A DNA stretch of 64,000 nt, taken from a virus. The DNA is taken from positions 1 to 64,000 of the IMG/VR virus record IMGVR_UViG_3300031715_000003. One strand, given 5' to 3'. Below are positions 58,957 through 64,000 of the stretch, piece after piece. Position 1 is the stretch's first letter. Each line of letters opens with the position of its first letter. The notes below the pieces were generated by a model. The model was not told the origin of the DNA, made no database searches, and saw only the letters and a program-made list of their open reading frames with translations. The translations under genes were made by a program, and so were the position numbers.

Positions 58957-60207
58957 GTGGCTAATTCATTTCTCACCATCGGCATGGTCACATACGAAAT
59001 GCTGATGGTGCTTCACAACCTTGTGGTGGCGGCCAAGAAAGCGAACCGCAACTACGAGAAACAATTCGCGCGAGTGGGCGCCAAGATCGGACAACAGGTC
59101 CAGATCCGCAAGCCCCCGCTCTACACCGTCACGGATGGTCCTACGTTTGTCGCGCAGGATTACGCCGAAACCAGCGTCCCCTTGACGCTCAACAAGCACA
59201 AACAGGTGGGCGTTGAGTTCCTCAATGATGACCTCGTGCTCAGCATGGACGATTTCCGTGGTAGATTCCTCGAGCCCGCCATCGTTCCCCTTGCGAACAT
59301 TGTCGACACCGACATCATGTCGCTCTACACCATGGCTTGGGAATTCACCGGCACCCCCGGCGTCACCCCGGCCCAAGACCTGCCGTTCCTAGACGCCAAA
59401 ACCCTGATAACGGCCAATGCCGCCGGCGGAAGAATGTGGCCCATGATCGTCAGTTTGACCACTGACGCTCGCCTGTCCAGCGGCCTGGCTGGACGCTTCA
59501 ACCCCCAAAAGGACATCTCGGGTCTGTACCTTGAAGGTTCGATGGGGCCCGCTCTGGGATGGGACTTCTACAAGACTCAGAACGTCCAGATCTTCACCAC
59601 CGGAGCATGGTCGGCCAGCGTCCCTGCGACCGGCATCACGGTGAATCTCGCCGGACAAACCGGTTCCACCATCAACGTGACTGGGGCGACCGCTGGTGTC
59701 AACAACATCGGTCTCCTCGGCGATATCGTCCAGTTCGCTGGTGTCTACAAGGTCAACCCCGTAACGTACCTCAACACCGGGTTGCTCCAAAACTTCGTCC
59801 TCACGGCCAACGTAAATTCGGACGGCGGTGGCAACATCGCGCTCCCCATCAGCCCCCCGATCATCATCGTGGGCAAGGGCCAGACCGTAACGAACTCCCC
59901 GGCCAATGGCGCGCAGGTGCTGGTGTGGGGGAATCAGAACGTCGCGCAGGTGGCCAGCGTCACCTCCGCTCAGTGCATGGGATGGGCCTCGGAAGCCGTC
60001 ACCATGGCGATGGCCGATCTCAAGGTCTTCGGTGAAGGCGAGGGCGTAAAGTGCACCCGCATGGCCGACGACGATCTCGGGATGAGCGTGCTGTATACAC
60101 GCGGAGTGGACATTCGCGAATTCTCCGAGATTTCGCGCATGGACATCCTCTACGGCATGACCATGCCTCGTCCGGAACACGCCGTCAGGGTGGCGGCGAT
60201 GTCGTAA
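58957..60207 (+). CDS. Major capsid protein, P22 gp5-like
   Basis: MANSFLT, KIGQQVQIRKP, DLVLSMDDF..RFLEPA..LAN.VD, I-domain GVYKVNP and RMDILYG....RPE.A.R. Confidence 0.93.
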   Translation: MANSFLTIGMVTYEMLMVLHNLVVAAKKANRNYEKQFARVGAKIGQQVQIRKPPLYTVTDGPTFVAQDYAETSVPLTLNKHKQVGVEFLNDDLVLSMDDFRGRFLEPAIVPLANIVDTDIMSLYTMAWEFTGTPGVTPAQDLPFLDAKTLITANAAGGRMWPMIVSLTTDARLSSGLAGRFNPQKDISGLYLEGSMGPALGWDFYKTQNVQIFTTGAWSASVPATGITVNLAGQTGSTINVTGATAGVNNIGLLGDIVQFAGVYKVNPVTYLNTGLLQNFVLTANVNSDGGGNIALPISPPIIIVGKGQTVTNSPANGAQVLVWGNQNVAQVASVTSAQCMGWASEAVTMAMADLKVFGEGEGVKCTRMADDDLGMSVLYTRGVDIREFSEISRMDILYGMTMPRPEHAVRVAAMS

Positions 60208-60240
60208 GGGGGAGCGTACTCCCAAAGGAGAACCATAACC

Positions 60241-61110
60241 ATGAAAACCTTTAGACTGATCGCTCTCTTGTCTCTGGCCAGCGCCATTGGCTCTGCCCAA
60301 TTGAACGTGACATCGACCACGCTCGCGGCTGCCGTTACGTCGGCCAGTTGTCCGGCGGCTGGCTGCACCGTGACGCTTACCAGCGCCACTGGTGTCGTGG
60401 CCCAAGGTCCCAACAACCAAATCAATACCGTGCTCTACGTGGATCGCGAACTGATGTGGGTCACCAACTTCATCAGCGGCACCACTTACGGAGTGCAACG
60501 CGGCAAAAACCAAACGCGCCCGTGGACTCACTCCAGTGGCGCGACCGTCTACCTCGGACCTCCCACCAACAACTTCCTCGCTAACAATGGGACTTCGGCG
60601 GAGACTTGGGGGAGTTGCGTGGCGACCAACGAATACAGTCTCCCCAAGATCTATGTCACAACCGGAGACATCTTCCAGTGCTACAACGGTGCGAATGGAG
60701 GGAATTGGTTCTTGGTCGGGAGTGGCACCGGGGTGACGGTAGGGAAGTCTCTTTCGGCCTTCTGCACCGGAACGGTCGGTAGCGCCGAGACTGAATTCCT
60801 CAACGACGCGGCCTGCTCTGGAGCCACCGCAAACCTCGCGAAAAACGTAGTCGTAACCGGTGGAACGCTGGCAAACCTTAGGGTTTACAGCACTGCGGTC
60901 GCCGTCGGAGGAACCAACAAGGACGTGATGACCGTTTTCAAGAACGGCAGCGCCACCACCATCACCTGTACGATTGCGGCTTCGGCCGCGACGTGCTCTG
61001 ACTCGGGTCATTCCGTCATGACGGTACCGGGTGACGTCATATCGTTCCAATTCGTGACCGCCACTTCCGATACCGCCGCCAATATGGTGGCCTCAGTCGG
61101 TCTGTACTGA
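60241..61110 (+). CDS. Putative virion decoration protein with a signal peptide
   Basis: MKTFRLIALLSLASAIGSA; TTLAAAVT..LYVDRELM..VQRG..T....H.SGATV; directly after the coat gene. Confidence 0.6.
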   Translation: MKTFRLIALLSLASAIGSAQLNVTSTTLAAAVTSASCPAAGCTVTLTSATGVVAQGPNNQINTVLYVDRELMWVTNFISGTTYGVQRGKNQTRPWTHSSGATVYLGPPTNNFLANNGTSAETWGSCVATNEYSLPKIYVTTGDIFQCYNGANGGNWFLVGSGTGVTVGKSLSAFCTGTVGSAETEFLNDAACSGATANLAKNVVVTGGTLANLRVYSTAVAVGGTNKDVMTVFKNGSATTITCTIAASAATCSDSGHSVMTVPGDVISFQFVTATSDTAANMVASVGLY

Positions 61111-61169
61111 CACACAAGGGGACAGGGGGAAGACGCTTTCGAGCGTTCTCCCCCTGAAGGGCCAAATAA

Positions 61170-61604
61170 ATGAAAATGCTGATGCGAATCTGGTGCGGTG
61201 CGTTGCTGGCCTTCATGTTATTTGTAGTGGGGGTATCGGCCGAGCCGCAGCAGGGCAGGATCATCACCATCACGGCGGGAACGGCCATCAGGCTGATTCT
61301 TAACCCCACCACCGTCAAGCCGGTGCTGGCCAACTCCATGCTGATCCAGGTGCAGCATGCAGGAAGTGGCCTCGTTTATGTCCTCAACGCCAACCCGCAG
61401 CAAACATGCGCCCTGGGGAATGCTACGACGACGGAGGTGGCGGAACTGGCCCCAGCTACATCGACAGAGCCCGGGGGATCATTCACGTTCCCTAGCAATG
61501 GGTCGGCAACCACCGGTTCCAGCGGGTTCGATGTCCGGTACTGGTGCGTCGATGGATCCAACAGCGGCGACACCGTGATTGTGTCGTGGGATGTAAGGAA
61601 TTGA
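61170..61604 (+). CDS. Beta-rich protein with a signal peptide in the head module
   Basis: MKMLMRIWCGALLAFMLFVVGVSA. Confidence 0.6.
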   Translation: MKMLMRIWCGALLAFMLFVVGVSAEPQQGRIITITAGTAIRLILNPTTVKPVLANSMLIQVQHAGSGLVYVLNANPQQTCALGNATTTEVAELAPATSTEPGGSFTFPSNGSATTGSSGFDVRYWCVDGSNSGDTVIVSWDVRN

Positions 61605-61617
61605 GAGGAGAACGTTC

Positions 61618-61893
61618 ATGAAAACAGGCAAGACGGCCCAGGATTATCGGGAGACGGGCTGGAAGAAGCAGCCCAAGCCGCCCGAAAAGAGGCTGCCAGA
61701 TCCCGGGAGCGAATTCCCCAAGCATGTCGTGTGCTTCGACGGAGCGAAGCGGACGGTTAACTCCGCGGAGGAGGAAGCACAGTGTACCAGAGCTGCGGAG
61801 GTTGAACCACTGCCAGCGGAAGAGAAGAAAGAGGAGTCGGCGGCCGCGCCGGAGCCACCCAAGGAGGAAACTCCGACGGAGCATGCGGCCTAG
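61618..61893 (+). CDS. Small head-module protein (E[FY]PK paralogue 1)
   Basis: EFPKHV...TVNSAEEE. Confidence 0.6.
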   Translation: MKTGKTAQDYRETGWKKQPKPPEKRLPDPGSEFPKHVVCFDGAKRTVNSAEEEAQCTRAAEVEPLPAEEKKEESAAAPEPPKEETPTEHAA

Positions 61894-61905
61894 CTGTTTC
61901 TGGGT

Positions 61906-62274
61906 ATGGCCGAGGAACTTCGTCCGCTGACATACGCGGAGCGCAAGCGCGAAGAGCGACGAGAGAAATGGGAGTTTGCTTTCGGCAAGGAACGGACAAT
62001 GCCATTAAGGGAAAATGCCACGCCACAGGAAGTCCATGAATACCCCAAGTGGGTTACGGACCGCCAGACTGGACTCCGCATCATCGTCCACAGCCGCGAG
62101 GAGGAGGAGAGGCGCGCGGAGGCTCCTTCTCCTTTTCCTCCCTCAAATGAGGCGCCAAAACAGGAAGCGGCCAAAACCGAACTCCCCCAGAAGAAGCGCC
62201 GGGGAGCACCGTTCCCGTTCCGCACCAATGCTGGATATGAAGAAATGAAACGAGCGCAGGACGCGGCCCAGTGA
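61906..62274 (+). CDS. Small head-module protein (E[FY]PK paralogue 2)
   Basis: EYPKWV...IVHSREEE. Confidence 0.55.
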   Translation: MAEELRPLTYAERKREERREKWEFAFGKERTMPLRENATPQEVHEYPKWVTDRQTGLRIIVHSREEEERRAEAPSPFPPSNEAPKQEAAKTELPQKKRRGAPFPFRTNAGYEEMKRAQDAAQ

Positions 62275-63029
62275 GCATCACGTTCATACAGCTAGCGTCC
62301 GATGCCTTGAGCGATATCAAGCAACTCGGTATCGGCCAAAGCCCCAGTCCGGAGCAAATTACGCAGGCGTTAAATTACGCCAACCGGATGCTCGGTAAGT
62401 GGAGCACGCAGCGGCTGTTCCTCTACACCGTTGCCAAGTTACCGTTCGCCGCGACAGCCAACGTCCAGGACTACACCATCGGGCCGTCCGGTGCTACCTT
62501 TACCGCTGTGCGACCGACATTCGTGGAAGCCGCCCAGGTGACGCCACCGGGGAGTTCCCTCTACCTTCCGCTGAGCATCCTGGACATAACCAAATGGGGA
62601 GCCATCAGGGATAAGGGCGCTACGTGTAGCGCGTCAGGCGTTCCACAGGACGTCTGGATTGAGTACGCCTATCCAAACCTCGGATTCCATCTGTGGACCA
62701 TTCCGTCCAACGCCTGCACCATCTACCTGTCGGCATGGCAACCCCTGCCACAATTCGTAACGGCCTTTGACGTTTTGAGCTTTCCGCTTGGGTATGAGGA
62801 AGCCATACAGAAAAATCTTGCCGTAGAATTAAGTCCGGCGTATGACATGCCCGTGGACCCTACTCTTGCGGCCCTAGCGATGGACGGAATGGCGAAAATA
62901 CAAGCCGTCAACCAGCAGAGCCTCGGTGGTGCGCTAGGCGATAGTCAACTCCTCACGGCCCCGAATCTTGCGAATCCAAATCCCACGGCGACAGCGGCCC
63001 CGCCGCCGGGCTCCCCCCAGAGGCAATAG
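62271..63029 (+). CDS. Head-tail adaptor (P22 gp4-like), paralogue 1
   Basis: AL...GQSPSPE...AL...NRML..W, YTIGPSG, FPLGYEEAI..NLAVELSPAY. Confidence 0.7.
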   Translation: MSITFIQLASDALSDIKQLGIGQSPSPEQITQALNYANRMLGKWSTQRLFLYTVAKLPFAATANVQDYTIGPSGATFTAVRPTFVEAAQVTPPGSSLYLPLSILDITKWGAIRDKGATCSASGVPQDVWIEYAYPNLGFHLWTIPSNACTIYLSAWQPLPQFVTAFDVLSFPLGYEEAIQKNLAVELSPAYDMPVDPTLAALAMDGMAKIQAVNQQSLGGALGDSQLLTAPNLANPNPTATAAPPPGSPQRQ

Positions 63030-63032
63030 CAC

Positions 63033-63848
63033 ATGGGGAACTACATCAGCCCTAGCGTCATCAGTCCCTCAAGCTACACTGTCACGGCTTGGACGCTACA
63101 GGACATGATCACGCAGGCCATGCGGATGGCCCACGCGCTGAAGATGCCAGGGCAAGGCGCCAGCCCCAGCGAACTTCAGGAGGGGCTGGACGTTTGCAAC
63201 CATATGGTAGACGGCTGGAAGCTGGAAAACCTCCTGATCCCGTTCTTCATCCGGACAGTTGTTTTGCTACAGACCAACCAGAAGACCTACGGCGTCGGGC
63301 CCGGTCAGGACTGGGACATCGAACGACCAGAGAAGATCCACTACGCCAGCTTCCTGATCAATCCGAGCACCAGCACGGAATGCGAAATCCCCATGGAAGT
63401 GGTGCTGACGTATCAGGAGTTCGCCGCCATCGTGGCGAAGAACGTTACGGCATCCATCCCGCTGGCTATCTATTACCAGAACACTCTCCCCTATGGGACG
63501 GCGCAACTGTGGCCGGTCCCGAGCGCCACCACGACCCAAGTAGCGCTATACACGCAGTGGGCTCTCCAGGAATTCAATACGGTGGACGACAATCTCGTGA
63601 CGCCCAAGGGATTCCGCGAGATGATCATGTACAACCTGGCGGTTCGGGTACGGCAACGCGCCAGCGAGACCAGAGTATTGGCGGTCCCGATGGACCCCAC
63701 GGTTTACCAGATGGCGCTTGAGACGAAACAGCGGGTGAAAAATCAGTTCATCAAGCCCATATACGTCGGGTCCGATCCGGCAGCGATCGGACGCCGGCAG
63801 GGCAGGTGGTACGGGGGCATGGCGCAAGCTTGGACGCCGTACAGTTAA
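63033..63848 (+). CDS. Head-tail adaptor (P22 gp4-like), paralogue 2
   Basis: GQGASPSE..EGL...NHMVDGW, YGVGPG, LWPVPS, PKGFREMIMYNLAVR. Confidence 0.7.
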   Translation: MGNYISPSVISPSSYTVTAWTLQDMITQAMRMAHALKMPGQGASPSELQEGLDVCNHMVDGWKLENLLIPFFIRTVVLLQTNQKTYGVGPGQDWDIERPEKIHYASFLINPSTSTECEIPMEVVLTYQEFAAIVAKNVTASIPLAIYYQNTLPYGTAQLWPVPSATTTQVALYTQWALQEFNTVDDNLVTPKGFREMIMYNLAVRVRQRASETRVLAVPMDPTVYQMALETKQRVKNQFIKPIYVGSDPAAIGRRQGRWYGGMAQAWTPYS

Positions 63849-64000
63849 GAAAGGAACCTATGGCTTGGATAGCGGTAGAGGCGGGTCGGCTCATCAACAC
63901 GGAATTCCTCTCGAACGTGGAGTTCAACCATCGTCTGAAGCACGGGCACTGCATGTCGGCTGGCGTGGTCATTGCGAGCGATAGCCGGATGGCCTACGAC

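Noticed and set aside
59389-61050. 553 aa ORF on the - strand
   Set aside because: Antisense shadow of the coat and decoration genes, with no recognisable motifs.
12219-62557. CRISPR array or solitary repeat units (the motif resembles the first 9 nt of type I-E repeats, GTGCTCCCC/GTTCTCCCC)
   Set aside because: There is no regular repeat-spacer period, no GCGGGG second arm or 3' handle, and no cas genes. The GAAC variant does not fit either.
1-64000. tRNA/rRNA genes, integrase/att site, reverse transcriptase (DGR or retron), stop-codon recoding
   Set aside because: None recognised by eye. Core genes are intact in the standard code and all three stop codons are used. A tRNAscan run would still be needed.

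Overview
This 64 kb window is bacteriophage DNA, most likely a large P22-like (podovirus-type) tailed phage. The host cannot be determined from the sequence. The + strand 36.4-64 kb carries terS, about 12 kb of accessory genes, terL, a P22-type portal, scaffold, coat and two adaptor paralogues. The + strand 1-8.9 kb carries two very large signal-peptide-bearing beta-helix proteins and small membrane genes. The - strand 8.9-36.3 kb is the early/replication arm (initiator, DnaB, resolvase, PD-(D/E)xK nuclease, TnpB and many small ORFs). I found no integrase, tRNA or CRISPR array. Unusual signals, all from reading by eye: (1) a 9-bp motif (GTDCTCCCC/GAACTCCCC) with about 70 copies in both orientations between 12 and 62.5 kb and no strict copy seen in the first 12 kb; (2) two separate genes that reuse pieces of the phage's own coat protein, an I-domain fused to an HTH and the N-arm fused to a Tat-like leader; (3) four copies of an intergenic RNA structure that can either hide or expose the Shine-Dalgarno of early genes; (4) two promoter-driven non-coding tracts with strict 5-nt periodicity and a shared 15-bp end; (5) a GroES with a DnaJ-type zinc finger in its roof hairpin; (6) stand-alone host-domain mimics (ClpX zinc finger, Xre/MbcA and Phd-like antitoxins); (7) an operon-embedded TnpB, an intein-less in-frame HNH and a LAGLIDADG gene with a duplicated target. 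Family assignments come from motif recognition, not database searches.
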